Positions 21,599-32,296 of a stretch of 64,000 nucleotides of DNA are shown in pieces (the stretch's first letter is position 1; each line of letters begins with the position of its first letter). The DNA lies in NCBI GenBank assembly GCA_965218095.1, contig OZ244587.1, positions 5,984,001 through 6,048,000 of the forward strand, in the 5' to 3' direction. Below the pieces are notes generated by a model that worked only from the letters and a program-made list of their open reading frames with translations, ran no database searches and was not told where the DNA came from. The stretch comes from Candidatus Poribacteria bacterium. GTDB lineage: Bacteria; Poribacteria; WGA-4E; PCPOR2b. The position numbers and the translations under genes were made by a program.

Positions 21599-22744
21599 TC
21601 ACGAAATGGATACCACCTCACGGGTGGCTGCAGATCGATATCCCGCCGCAATTACAGCCACGGATTCAGCCGCGATTTCTGCGCTCATTTCGCTTTCTTT
21701 GTTGGCTTCAATACAATCGACAAACATTCCTATATCCGATCTCCCCTCCTCTTCGCCAACGGTGGACCACAGACGTTTGGGTGGAACACCAGATTCGGCA
21801 TTGGTGCTGCCCCACATCCCCATTGGATCCAGCGGATGGGGCGGCGGCGGTTGGAAGGGTGCTTCGTTAGCGAAGACCTCAAGCCGTGGCTGCGAGGCGT
21901 CGAACATCAACGTGTCGTGAGTCCCAATCAGTTGGACACGTCGAACCCCCCCCTGTGGATGACTCATCCAACCCATCCGCCCGCCCGTAATCGTTGCGAT
22001 GGTGCCGTTCTCCAAGGTCAACACCAACGCACCGAAATCCTCAATGTCACACGCGACATGCTCCTTGAAAAAGTAGTTGCCGGTCGTTCCAAAAACGGTT
22101 TTGACTGATTTGCGACTGAGCCAATTTACCAGTGTCACTGCATACACGGCAATATCAAACATTTCCCGCTTCGCCTCGACGAAAGTATATCTCCCAACCT
22201 CTGGCTTTTCTACTCTTTTTTGACCAATCGGAGCGGTGCCTGCAGGACCTTTGGCAAACAGAACGTCGCAATGGATGGCACGGAGTTCGCCAATCTGGCC
22301 GCTGTCAAGTGCTTGTTTCGCGGCTTCCGCCCAGGAGCTATATATATTGGTTAACATATGACTCCGAACACCGGCTTTTTTCACGGCGCGCACAATTGCT
22401 TGCGCGTCCTGGACATTCAGTGCCAGCGGTTTGTCCAGGAAGAGGTGTTTCCCCGCCTCAGCACACCGAACACCGACACGCCCACGCCGTTCATTTTCCA
22501 CGCACAAGCTGACAATATGGACATCATCACGCGCTAACGCCTCGTCTAGGTCAGGCAAGTAAGCGATCCCAAGTTCTTCGGCGAGACGCTGGCCTGGTTC
22601 GATGCGTTCAGGCGGTGCGTCACGTTCATCGGAAACTGCAACCAGCCGACACCGTGGCTCTGCCGCAAAACCACTCGCGTAGCCCTCTTGATGCGTCCGC
22701 AGCCCACCAAGTAACAATACGCCGTATTTGCCTTTCGCTGTCAT
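21599..22744 (-). CDS. Gfo/Idh/MocA family oxidoreductase
   Basis: Rossmann-like N-terminus, GKHLFLDKPLA, GELRAIH. Confidence 0.9.
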   Translation of the reverse strand: MTAKGKYGVLLLGGLRTHQEGYASGFAAEPRCRLVAVSDERDAPPERIEPGQRLAEELGIAYLPDLDEALARDDVHIVSLCVENERRGRVGVRCAEAGKHLFLDKPLALNVQDAQAIVRAVKKAGVRSHMLTNIYSSWAEAAKQALDSGQIGELRAIHCDVLFAKGPAGTAPIGQKRVEKPEVGRYTFVEAKREMFDIAVYAVTLVNWLSRKSVKTVFGTTGNYFFKEHVACDIEDFGALVLTLENGTIATITGGRMGWMSHPQGGVRRVQLIGTHDTLMFDASQPRLEVFANEAPFQPPPPHPLDPMGMWGSTNAESGVPPKRLWSTVGEEEGRSDIGMFVDCIEANKESEMSAEIAAESVAVIAAGYRSAATREVVSIS

Positions 22745-22745
22745 T

Positions 22746-23198
22746 TTAGTCCTCCATCGTCTCTACTGGTTTTCCTGTTTTCAACGCCTGATTCACTAAA
22801 TCTATCAGATTCCCTCCACCATTGAGTTCTATTGGTTGCTTCATCAAGCGATGTTGTCCAACAGGTGTTTCATGGTAGATAACACCCTTGTTTCCAACCA
22901 ACATCAGGTCAACAGATGCCTCCTGATTGTCTGGAACGCGATTGATGCTGAGAAGGGCACTCTGCCCACCAACGTACTTAATCATTGCGCTGGTTTGAGT
23001 CGTATCCTCACTTTCTAGGGCGTAAATTTGTTCTGGCGAGGATGGCATCCAAGTATTTGCAAGCGTTGTCAGCGATGCCATTTCCTTGGCAAGGGTTCCA
23101 CTCTCGCTGTGCAAATGGACCATACAACGTAAAAACACAGGGCTGCCAATTCGCCCGTCATCAATAACAGATTGAACAGATTGTTGCAGTGATTGCAT
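22746..23198 (-). CDS. Stand-alone Gfo/Idh/MocA C-terminal-like domain protein
   Basis: VIDDGRIGSPVFLR..., VDLMLVGNKGVI, ALKTGKPV; 1 bp from the downstream oxidoreductase. Confidence 0.65.
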   Translation of the reverse strand: MQSLQQSVQSVIDDGRIGSPVFLRCMVHLHSESGTLAKEMASLTTLANTWMPSSPEQIYALESEDTTQTSAMIKYVGGQSALLSINRVPDNQEASVDLMLVGNKGVIYHETPVGQHRLMKQPIELNGGGNLIDLVNQALKTGKPVETMED

Positions 23199-23598
23199 AA
23201 TAAAACCTCTCTCGTAGGCGCCGTAGCCCAACTTGTAGCCTTCCTGAGCCAGTTTTATTCCAAAAAAGCTGGTACTGGCTTCAGAATGAATACTTCCTCG
23301 TGGTTACATCAGCCTAAAATGAACCAGGAAAAGCGCAAGTGAGCCCCACATGCCGATGAAGATGCTCTCCTTTATCAGGGCGAGTTTCCAACTCTTGGTT
23401 CTCCTTACACCTCTTTTTTGTACCGGGATGGATGCCATCGTAGCAAAATTCCCTATCGGTGTCAACAAAAAAGTGTTGACGGGTTGGGTATATGGCATTT
23501 TTCCCATTTGTGCGAAAGGTCAGTCGTAAAAATAAACGTTTACAAAAATATGTACTTTTTGGTACAAAGGCTAACAAAGAATCCAATATTCATGCGGC

Positions 23599-24054
23599 GG
23601 TAGTGTTCTAAATCTGTTGATTTGGCCATCGAACTATGTTATCGCACCTCAAATGTTAAAAGCAGATCATTAGAATAGAGAGGGTAACAGGGTCTTAAAA
23701 CCGATTTCCTGTCCAACCTGCCGCGGGGAGGATGTGGTTAAACACGGAAAAACTGAAACCGGTAAGCAACGCTTGCGTTGTCAGAATCCGAAATGTAACG
23801 GTCAGACATTTGTCACAGACAATGCTCACAAAGGACGCTTACCTGAAACCAAAGCCCAGATTATCTCTATGTCGCTCAATGGAAATCGAATTGGGAAGAT
23901 TCTCACGCAGAAGACTGAACGGAAATACCTAACGCTTCGCACCCGAATCAAGGGGTTGGCTCGAAAATCCATCTGTTTTTCGAAATCTGTCCTGATGCAT
24001 GACACGATTATCAGGTTGTTTATCAATTGAGAGGAATTTGGTCTTGCTGTTTAG
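23599..24054 (+). mobile_element. IS1-family remnant, internally deleted (InsA Zn finger fused to InsB C-terminus)
   Basis: GGTAGTG left end; CPTC..VVKHGK...KQRLRC...C; TQKTERKYLTLRTRIKGLARKSICFSKS; FIN*EEFGLAV. Confidence 0.85.
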
Positions 24055-24288
24055 CAATCAAATGCTCCGGGGACTGGAAAGCCAGATTGGCTGAGTTGGC
24101 TGCGATGGAAGCACGACGGCACCCAAACAAAAATAAGCGATTTTGCTTACGAAACCACGAATGTGAATGTGCATGTTCCTGATTTCGGTTCGCCCCCTGG
24201 CGGCGGTGGCCCCGTCCCCAAACCGAGCTCGCTAGCGATGCTGGCGCTGGGCGCAGCCGGATTGTTGGCCTGGCGCACACATCGCTAG
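24055..24288 (+). pseudogene. C-terminal remnant of a PEP-CTERM sorting-signal protein
   Basis: Manual translation: WLSWLRWKHDGTQTKISDFAYETT...GGGGPVPKPSSLAMLALGAAGLLAWRTHR*. Not in the ORF track. Confidence 0.75.
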
Positions 24289-24638
24289 AAGCAGGCAGAG
24301 AAAGCGAAAAAGGAAGCCGAAAACGCCGACGACGATTTGATGATGAGCTAGCAAATCTGCAGAATCATCCAAACACCGCTGCAGATCGGTTAGCTGAGAC
24401 AAAGGTCTGCGCGATGGCAGCCATGTCGGGGTTTCCCGATACCTGGCTCCCTCGATTGCGGATTTCAGAATGCGGATTGTCCGATAGGATTCGGACGAGC
24501 ACGGATTGAAAGAAAACTGAAATTGCATTTGCCCCGGTGATTCGGATTTTCCGTTTCGTTGGGGCTTTTCTATGCCCGCCAACAACCTTGAGCCCCAATG
24601 AGAACCCCGTTGTCCTTTCTTCAGCGGCGACTAGCGGA

Positions 24639-24764
24639 GTAGGGTGGGGCCATGCCCCACCGCTGATTTGTCCTCCATTTTGGTGAGGCAGTTGTAGATC
24701 GCGTTTGGGTCGTGGGTTGTGTGGGGAATTCGATGCCGTAGGGTAGGACCCTGTTCCACCCTAC
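24639..24764. repeat. REP elements (GTAG + palindrome) downstream of the RAYT gene
   Basis: GTAG-GGTGGGGC-CAT-GCCCCACC at 24639-24661; GTAGGGTAGGA...TCCACCCTAC at 24738-24764. Confidence 0.8.
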
Positions 24765-24781
24765 GACTACGACCATCGGAC

Positions 24782-25336
24782 TCACTCGCCTACACATGTG
24801 AACCCCTTAATGGTGCTCGGTTCTTGTTCTCCCCAATTCGGTTCATACCAGCCCTTTTGCACATAACGATGAAAACTCGACCACCGCTAATCCGCAGGTC
24901 GGACGACATAGCCGCGTTTCACCAGATTGAAGTGGATATAGTCAATGTGCTGCTGAAAATTTTCTTCGTCCCGAACGTAGTGTTCCCAAAATCGCCGCTG
25001 CCACAATGCTGCCCCTCCGGTCCGCTGCCGTGAAGCATTTCGTGCGCCATCTTGACCGCCTGCCGCAAGATAGCGTTTGGAGAACACCCCTTTGATCATA
25101 TTCCATCTTTGAGAATAGTCTGCGTCGTCTTTGGGAAGGCTCCAAATGCAATGCAAATGATTCGGCAAGAGGCAAACAGCTTCCACTTGAAACGGTTGCT
25201 CCGTCTGCACGGTTTTCCAAGCCTCGTGTAAACATCGGTGAGCAAGATCCGTGGTCAGAAAGGGTCTGCGCTCAAAGACAACAACGGTGAAGAAATAGGC
25301 GCCGCCTGGAACATAGACACGTCTGTAATTGGCCAT
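24782..25336 (-). pseudogene. rayT: REP-associated tyrosine transposase (RAYT) with in-frame TAG at 24887-24889
   Basis: YFFTVV, LPNHLH (HUH), WQRRFWEH, YIHFN; continues PAD*RWSSFHRY to TGA at 24782. Confidence 0.9.
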
Positions 25337-25362
25337 GATAGATCTCCTGAGGGGTGCTCATT

Positions 25363-25385
25363 TTGGTGGGGCAAGGCCCCACCAA
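25363..25385. repeat. REP-like palindrome upstream of the RAYT gene
   Basis: TTGGTGGGGC-AAG-GCCCCACCAA, same stem as the REP at 24643. Confidence 0.75.
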
Positions 25386-25389
25386 TCCG

Positions 25390-26583
25390 CTATTGACGCC
25401 GTTGACGATAGAGGTCAGAATCAACAACACCCGCCATTGCCTGCGCATCCAAATCCCCACCGAGGAAATTCCGCACCTGTTCCGCAATCTCCATTGGACG
25501 CTGAAAGGCATCTTTGTGTTCCACATAGAGGGTCGGGATATTGCGGGCGGCGAGCATCTGTTTGACCTGACTCACCTGCCGCTCGAAGACCTGCCGCAGG
25601 CGTTCATCTGACAGGGCACCACCTTGACGACCCTGACGGTCGAGCATCCGCCGCTGAGACGCAAGCACTTCGTCAATATCGCGCTCCATGAACACGACGC
25701 GATAGTTGTGTTGCGGAGGCAGAAAGGGCAGCAGTTGCACAATGATTTTCACCGCTTTGCCTTTCGCTTCCGGCAGCCACGAACAGTCTCGCCTGAGCTG
25801 TTTGACCTTTTCATACTCAAAGTAGCCCCGCGGATTGTCGGTGTCCGCCTCACGCTGACCGTCGGCCAGGCACGGGTGTCCGCTGGCGTGGAGCATCTGC
25901 ATCATCATCGAGGTGCCAGACCGCGGCAGCCCCGACACCACTGTGATGAATTCATCATCGCCGTCTAGTGTGGCTTTGGTCGGCGAGAGATCGGTTGCCG
26001 GTGCCGCCGTAGCTGGAGATGGGACTTCGGGTGCCGGTTGGGGCGCCGGTTGGGGCACCAGAGCGGGTACTGGCTTGACAGGCGTCGGAGGCATCTCCTC
26101 GCGCGGCTTCGGTACGCTTGGAGCATCAGCAGACGCTGCCAAACGTACTTCTCGCCGGCGCTGGCGGATCTCCTTTGCCTGCCCCCGATGGTGTTCTGCC
26201 CAATCTGGATTGTCGAGCTGATGTTCATAGATGTAAGCTAGACGGTGATGCGTTTCGGCGAAATTCGGATTCTGAGACAGGTCAACTTCCAGTGCCTTGA
26301 CCTCCCGCGTAGTGTTGGTGACGGGACGGACGTTGCCTGTGTTGGGGTCTAACTCCGTGAAGCCGTAGACCCCGTGCTTGAAGGTCCACATCTCCGTGGC
26401 AATTGACGTCCAGAGCATCGGCGAAAGGATGGGGTTGAGGATGGCGAGGTTGCCCATCACTCCTTCGTTGACGAAACGCTCAAGGACGGGCATCTTGCCG
26501 TCGTCAATTAAAGGATTGATGACTTTCCAATCGGCGGTGTCCCAGCCGATGAGCAGGACTTTTTTTGCGAGTCGTTTTTCCAT
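25390..26583 (-). CDS. Alkaline-phosphatase-family N-terminus + TPR + Pro-rich linker + sulfotransferase; probably internally deleted
   Basis: KVLLIGWDTADW...SPMLWTSIAT (about 95 aa only), one TPR-like helix pair, VVSGLPRSGTS (PAPS loop), DNPRGYFE. Confidence 0.75.
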   Translation of the reverse strand: MEKRLAKKVLLIGWDTADWKVINPLIDDGKMPVLERFVNEGVMGNLAILNPILSPMLWTSIATEMWTFKHGVYGFTELDPNTGNVRPVTNTTREVKALEVDLSQNPNFAETHHRLAYIYEHQLDNPDWAEHHRGQAKEIRQRRREVRLAASADAPSVPKPREEMPPTPVKPVPALVPQPAPQPAPEVPSPATAAPATDLSPTKATLDGDDEFITVVSGLPRSGTSMMMQMLHASGHPCLADGQREADTDNPRGYFEYEKVKQLRRDCSWLPEAKGKAVKIIVQLLPFLPPQHNYRVVFMERDIDEVLASQRRMLDRQGRQGGALSDERLRQVFERQVSQVKQMLAARNIPTLYVEHKDAFQRPMEIAEQVRNFLGGDLDAQAMAGVVDSDLYRQRRQ

Positions 26584-27072
26584 ATGATCTTCCTTTCGAG
26601 TTTTGAGGCAGTGATAAGGCACCCCATACTCAAGAAATCTGGGTAAATGTTTGATTCGTTCATTCTGTTCAACCGTGCTATAAGTCCGATCCGATCGGAC
26701 CCCTACGACGAGAATGCTTGTGAGACGAATCGACGCTACGCGTTTCAGCCAGTTCTCGACACGAAGTTATAGAAACGCTTGTGCACTCCTTGACCAGAGA
26801 TAAATGGAGATATCTGCATCGTTCAGAGAACGAATGATTATGTTTGTATTGTCGCTCATAATGCCCTTTCACGATTCTTGTAACATGATGTGCAATCCGT
26901 GATGTATAAACAGCATCTTCATTAATGAAATACCACATGATGATAGGATTTCGCAACGGGATTTTAAGTCCTGTTAAACCGGCGAAGATGTCTTGAAATA
27001 GGTTTCGGGGTGTGTTGTCGGCTAAAAATTATAAGCGTGACAGTTGTGGCATGAAAAGAAAGCATTTTGATC

Positions 27073-27101
27073 TTGAGAAAAGCTTGACGTTCTGTTACAA
27101 T
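27073..27101 (+). promoter_or_regulatory. Sigma70-type promoter candidate
   Basis: TTGAGA-17 bp-TACAAT upstream of the MetE-like gene. Confidence 0.5.
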
Positions 27102-27183
27102 GATTCTGTCAAGCCGCCTCGCTCACAAAGTGGAGCATTGATTTTTTATTTGAATTGATGAACGAACATTCGCAGGGTTGATT

Positions 27184-28206
27184 ATGAGCATCGAAAGCCA
27201 CAATCTCGATAGGCCCAACATCGAAACCAGCGTTGTCGGCAGCTTCCCATTGCCGAAATGGTTGACTCAGTCCGCAAGTCAAGAAGCCATCCTCGATGCA
27301 ATCAAGGCAACAATCAAAGATCAGGAGAATGTTGGCTTAGACCTCATCTCCGATGGCGAGATTTACCGCAGCTTGTACTGTCACGAGAAAACAAACGGCA
27401 TGATCGATCACTACACCCAACGGCTCGCCGGCATTTCGACGGAATGCCTACGTTCGCTGACTGAACGGGTGCGCAACGATCCGGAATTGGTATACCGCGA
27501 TGAACCGGCAGGGGTTGTCGTTAGGGAAATCGATCACGGTCTCCTGGATTTGCGTGGAGAGTTTGAGCGGTCCCGCCAATTGACAAAACACCCACTCAAA
27601 TTCACGTTTACGGGCCCGCACATGCTATCGCGGGTTTTGATTAATGATTACTACACCGATCACCGGTCGTTGGCAATGGCGATTGCAAGGGTGCTAAGTG
27701 AGCAGGTATGCGGTATTCACGCGGACTCCGTCCAGATTGATGAGGCGTCAATTGGCGGGCATCCACAGGATATCGAGTGGGCAGTTGAGGCAATTAACGT
27801 CGTTGCGAAAGCAATCCCCGGCAGGTCCGGCATCCACATCTGTTACGGAAACTACGGTGGTCAGACCGTCCAGGAAGGAAATTACGAAGTGTTACTCCCG
27901 AAGTTGTTGGAACTCGACGTGGATGGGTTTGTCCTCGAATTTGCTCGACGCGGCTATGATGAACTCAAGCATTTTGCGAAATACGACTCCCAGATCGAGA
28001 TTGGATTGGGCGTCATTGATATAAAAGATCTGCAAATCGAAACGCCAGATCTCGTCGCCAAACGGATCGAAATCGGCGCAAGTATTATTGGGGTAGATCG
28101 GCTGCATGTTGTCCCCGACTGTGGCTTGTGGATGCTGCCGCGTAGCGTCACCTTGGGGAAATTGGAGAACCTCGTGAAGGGGCGGGATCTGTTTTTGAGA
28201 GAGTGA
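27184..28206 (+). CDS. Cobalamin-independent methionine synthase II family (MetE C-terminal-like) protein
   Basis: VGSFPLP, ISDGE, TGPHML, QIDEA, Zn ligands HICYGN / LEFA / PDCG. Confidence 0.88.
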   Translation: MSIESHNLDRPNIETSVVGSFPLPKWLTQSASQEAILDAIKATIKDQENVGLDLISDGEIYRSLYCHEKTNGMIDHYTQRLAGISTECLRSLTERVRNDPELVYRDEPAGVVVREIDHGLLDLRGEFERSRQLTKHPLKFTFTGPHMLSRVLINDYYTDHRSLAMAIARVLSEQVCGIHADSVQIDEASIGGHPQDIEWAVEAINVVAKAIPGRSGIHICYGNYGGQTVQEGNYEVLLPKLLELDVDGFVLEFARRGYDELKHFAKYDSQIEIGLGVIDIKDLQIETPDLVAKRIEIGASIIGVDRLHVVPDCGLWMLPRSVTLGKLENLVKGRDLFLRE

Positions 28207-28455
28207 ATACGTCTCCAACCTTGCGAAGGTTTGAAACCTGATACCTTTGCGCTGGTCCGAGGCGACAGGGTTTTGGAGCTCTTGCCAATTGTTGGGCAGG
28301 TTTAGAATACAGAACGTCAACGGGCCATTCCCACACAAAGGATGGGAACGCCGTGCGCCAAGCTGGAAAACTATGGTGTTGCTGCATCAAGCAAATCCGT
28401 TTCTGACATCTTTCGCTACCAATAACCAATAATGTCAATGCCCTTTATCCATTCC

Positions 28456-29253
28456 TCACAGCAGCGTCTCAAACCAATCCCGTACCCGCAACTTATCGGC
28501 TTCGTCGCCGAATCCCAAACTGAACCAGCCGGTATAACTTAGCGCCGAAAGCTGCCCAAACAACGCACGGAAGTCAATGGTTCCCTCCCCTGGAACCAGA
28601 TGGATTTCGTAATCACCGCTGTTATCATTGAGGCGTACCTGTCCGATGTTCGCCACCCCGAAAGCATCAAGAAAGCCCTGTCATCCTTCGGGTACCAGGT
28701 GACCGTGCGCGACGTTGAACGCCCACTTAAAGTGCGGCGAGTCAACCGCGTCAAAGAACCAGTGCGTCTCTTCGACGTTGTGTGGAAGGTAGTGGATTTC
28801 GGCGAGATTGGGTTCCTTGTTATGGTTCTCAAAGAAGATCATCACGTCTGTCTGCTCTGCTCGCTCTACCAACCGCTGAATGCGTTCAATAGCTGCCGTG
28901 CGTCGTCGTCGCACATCGCCGAAATGATAACCCCCATGTCCAATGAGCCAGCCACAGCCGAGGCGAGCGGCAAGGTCGAGGTTGGCGAAAAGGTAGTCAT
29001 CCACCGCATCAGCCATGATGGGAACATATTCGGCGTTATTAATCGCAGACGATGGATGGATACCGATGGCGACACCGTGGGTTTCACATAAATCGCGTAC
29101 CCTGGCTATGCGCGCCGTGTCGAACGAGGCAGTGTCATTCGGTGGAAGATCTGCCTGAAAATCAATGTAATCAAAACCGTTTTTGGCAGCCCAGCGAATT
29201 GAGTCCTCAAGGGGGTGGTGCTTTGGTGCACCAAAGCCGAAACAGTTACTCAT
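28456..29253 (-). pseudogene. Sugar phosphate isomerase/epimerase (xylose isomerase-like TIM barrel) with in-frame TGA at 28681-28683
   Basis: ORFs 28681-29253 and 28456-28656 share a frame: HLVPEG*QGFLDAFG...VRLNDN..EIHLVPGEGTIDF. Confidence 0.85.
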
Positions 29254-29700
29254 AGTGTGTCCTCCCGTATCGAATTCTATATTAACGGAATCCGATCATA
29301 TTAAGATGTCCGAAAGGGTAGCATACTCTATTTATAATGCACGATTCCGGTTTCTGGCATATCAGATCCGGATCGGTTGGGTGGATTTTACCAAAAATCT
29401 GAAGTGCTGTCAATTCGGAATGAAGGTGATACCCGTGTGTAAATCCCCTTTGTGTCATCAAATTCCTCACTTTTTTGTTGTCCCATTCTTTAGGAATTGT
29501 GCTATAATCTTTGAGTAATACCGGCTTTTGAAGAATAAATCTGATCGCAGACGAAGGAAAAGAAGGAAGCGGACTTCTATCTTATCTTTCTTCCCTTCCT
29601 CCCTTTTCTTCCGAACTTGACCTCTGGTCATCATGAAACTTCAATTTATGCCGACGCGAATATAATATTTGAGCGAGATTTACAATTGGTATTACAAGAC

Positions 29701-31014
29701 ATGCCTGAGATGACAGATTTAGCGGCTGCCGCAGAGCAGCTTGGTCTCGGTCTCACCCCCAAGCAGATTGAGCCATTCATCAAAAACCATTCCACAGACG
29801 AGGCGACGCAACGCTTCGAGAAACTGGCAGGGTGGATGGCGCAGGTGAACTCACAGAACCACGATGGCGTGGTACTGACACCGGCGATCATAAACTATCT
29901 GGCTGGGGGTTCGGACTTCGATGCGCTCCTGAACACGCTGGACCATCTGCGCCAAGACACTCGCAACGGCAGGTTCGACATCAACAACCTTCTACAAAAA
30001 GAATTGGAATACAGGCGATACACATCGGAGGCAAACCGCCAACGTGACTGGCCAAAGGCCCCCAATGCGCAGCGCGCGGCGTTTAATGCGCTGACCACAC
30101 TGCCGCCGCTGCATGAGGATGAATTCCAATTGACCTCGCAGGATCGGGTTGAGGCAAAGCGAGCCGCTTATGAGGCGAAGGTATTCCTTGAGTTTCTGAT
30201 GGAATTTCGCTCACAGACCGATAGACCGATTGTGGTAGTTGGAAACGAACGCTACGGGCGACATTGGGTCGTCGAACCGCTTGAGGCGTACCTGAAAGGG
30301 CGATTCGAGGTCCGCTACGACCGCGTTCCCTCCCACGGATCGATGCGGCTGACAGTACCACATTACCTGGAACGATTCCAGCGAAACGGCTTTCCGCCGG
30401 AGTTTATGAGGCAATTGAGCGAACAGATGCCGCATGTCGTGATCGTTGACGAATGCAGTCCGAGAAGAACGGAGCATTACACGAAGTTCCCGCGCGGCGT
30501 GAGGGATCTAGTCAACTGGTTCATGGTGTTCAACGATATTCGGGCGGAGGGTGATGGCTCCAAATACGAAGCAGATAGCACCCTTCCTGCACATCACTTC
30601 CCCGAACTGAAGAAGTGGTACGAATTTGTTGTCGTCAGACGACGGATACGCGAGTGGGTGACCCCGGGTCCGACTTACAAGATTGCGCACTGGGTGCCCG
30701 AGCTGAAAGAACAGGCGCTCATGGGCGATATGATTATCCCAAGCAAGCCGCCCGACTTTGGCGACGAGAAACCGCAAGTGATTCTGGCAAACCCTGCCAT
30801 TTACCGCACCGAGGGCGATGATCTTCCCGCCATTCTGAAGGGAACGCATCCTTACTACTTCAACGACCCTGAAAAACGGGTTCGAGAGGAGATCGTGCCG
30901 GGGTTCGGGCTTCACGGATTTGAGACCCGAGTGAAGGGCTTTACGACTGACGAGCATGTAGCGGCCATCCAGGAACAAATCCAAGCTGAACTTGCGACGA
31001 TGTTATCGGATTGA
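29701..31014 (+). CDS. Hypothetical protein, possibly a divergent PRTase-like fold
   Basis: Long open frame (from 29617 TTG or 29701 ATG); extended -10 TGCTATAAT near 29499-29508; PIVVVGNERYG and HVVIVDEC segments. Confidence 0.75.
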   Translation: MPEMTDLAAAAEQLGLGLTPKQIEPFIKNHSTDEATQRFEKLAGWMAQVNSQNHDGVVLTPAIINYLAGGSDFDALLNTLDHLRQDTRNGRFDINNLLQKELEYRRYTSEANRQRDWPKAPNAQRAAFNALTTLPPLHEDEFQLTSQDRVEAKRAAYEAKVFLEFLMEFRSQTDRPIVVVGNERYGRHWVVEPLEAYLKGRFEVRYDRVPSHGSMRLTVPHYLERFQRNGFPPEFMRQLSEQMPHVVIVDECSPRRTEHYTKFPRGVRDLVNWFMVFNDIRAEGDGSKYEADSTLPAHHFPELKKWYEFVVVRRRIREWVTPGPTYKIAHWVPELKEQALMGDMIIPSKPPDFGDEKPQVILANPAIYRTEGDDLPAILKGTHPYYFNDPEKRVREEIVPGFGLHGFETRVKGFTTDEHVAAIQEQIQAELATMLSD

Positions 31015-31039
31015 ACTCCAATACAAGGAGAACGAACCT

Positions 31040-31150
31040 ATGACGCAACCAAACGTACTGCTCATCTGCACCGATCATTGGCCTGGTCCTCTGATAGGGG
31101 AGATGGCACATGAACGGATTCTCACGCCGACCCTCAATGCGCTGGCTGCC
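31040..31150 (+). pseudogene. Sulfatase N-terminal fragment
   Basis: RBS AAGGAG, MTQPNVLLICTDHW...ILTPTLNALAA; ends before the CxPxR motif. Confidence 0.7.
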
Positions 31151-32168
31151 AAATACATTGTAATGGCCCGCCACTGTTCTTCACCGGACGCAATTGTAAT
31201 GGTTTCGCTCGACACCTGCCCGCCGAATGCCTGCGGCAAATAGTATGACACACTCCCAATACCAGGCCAGATCGCCTGCACGGGGCGATCGCGTTCCCAG
31301 CCGACCTAATCGCGCAGGAATTGGTGTGCGCGTTGACCCGCATTGAAGATATGTCCAACCCCGCGATTCTTATCGAACTTATCAAGCGAAAGATCAATTA
31401 TCGTTTCGCCATCAGGGACGTTGCGCACCGTATTCGACCGCAGCTCATACAGGTTTCTGCGTCGATCCATGATTGACAACACATCATTCTTAAACCGCAC
31501 CAGGACGTAGAGATCGCGAGGACTTCCATCGTTCAACTCAGGGTTGGTAAGATTTTCAAGGATGTATTCGTCGCGCGCATCAGCGAAGGTTGAGGCAATT
31601 TCAATATCCTCACCGGTTGGTGTTTCGAGGAACAAGACAACCTGTGGACGGCGAATCGGAAGTTCCATCTGCTCATTATCATCAAAATAGACGACAGTCC
31701 CGCGAACCGTTACCTCACCTGCATTTGCACGAAATCTACGAAACCTCACCCTCGTTTCTAAGGGAAAATCACCTATCTGCTCGTCAAACGGTTCGGAGGA
31801 AACATGGGAGCCGCCTGGCGTGACCAAAAGGTAGGCTAGAAATGCTGTATCACGGTCTCGCCATCGGCGAGCATCGCGTAAATTGACGCTTGCAGAGGGT
31901 AGTTCCCCGGTTTGTCAACATGAAGGCGAACGGAATACTGCTGATTGGGGGCATCAGGAGGAAAGTAGACCTGTTCAAATCGGTCCGGTGAGCGAGGAGT
32001 AATGCTGTGTGGAAAGCGAAACCAGATCTCGGCTTGTGCTGTCTTCAGTAGAAGTGAACGAATTGACAGGATGAGCGTGGTATCACTCCCGACCCGCGGG
32101 GCGTGCGATAAACGCAAATCCCCATGCTTTCGGCAGGAGGCGCTAGTGTGCAGATACGAGCGGCGCAA
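31150..32168 (-). pseudogene. Degraded exported protein (frameshift near 31835, TAG at 31306-31308)
   Basis: ORFs 31836-32168, 31306-31827 and 31075-31281 join into one protein-like sequence. Confidence 0.55.
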
Positions 32169-32296
32169 AAAGCAGAAAAAGGTATAAGACGTGAAACGTC
32201 ATGCGTATCATGTCTTGCGTGTTATAATGAACTCATGAACCCATGAACTCATTCGCTTATTTGTCCATACGCTCATTCGCAGATTCCCCTACTCAT

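Noticed and set aside
26960-27180. Cobalamin or SAM riboswitch upstream of the MetE-like gene
   Set aside because: No B12-box or S-box consensus, and the candidate promoter leaves only a short leader.
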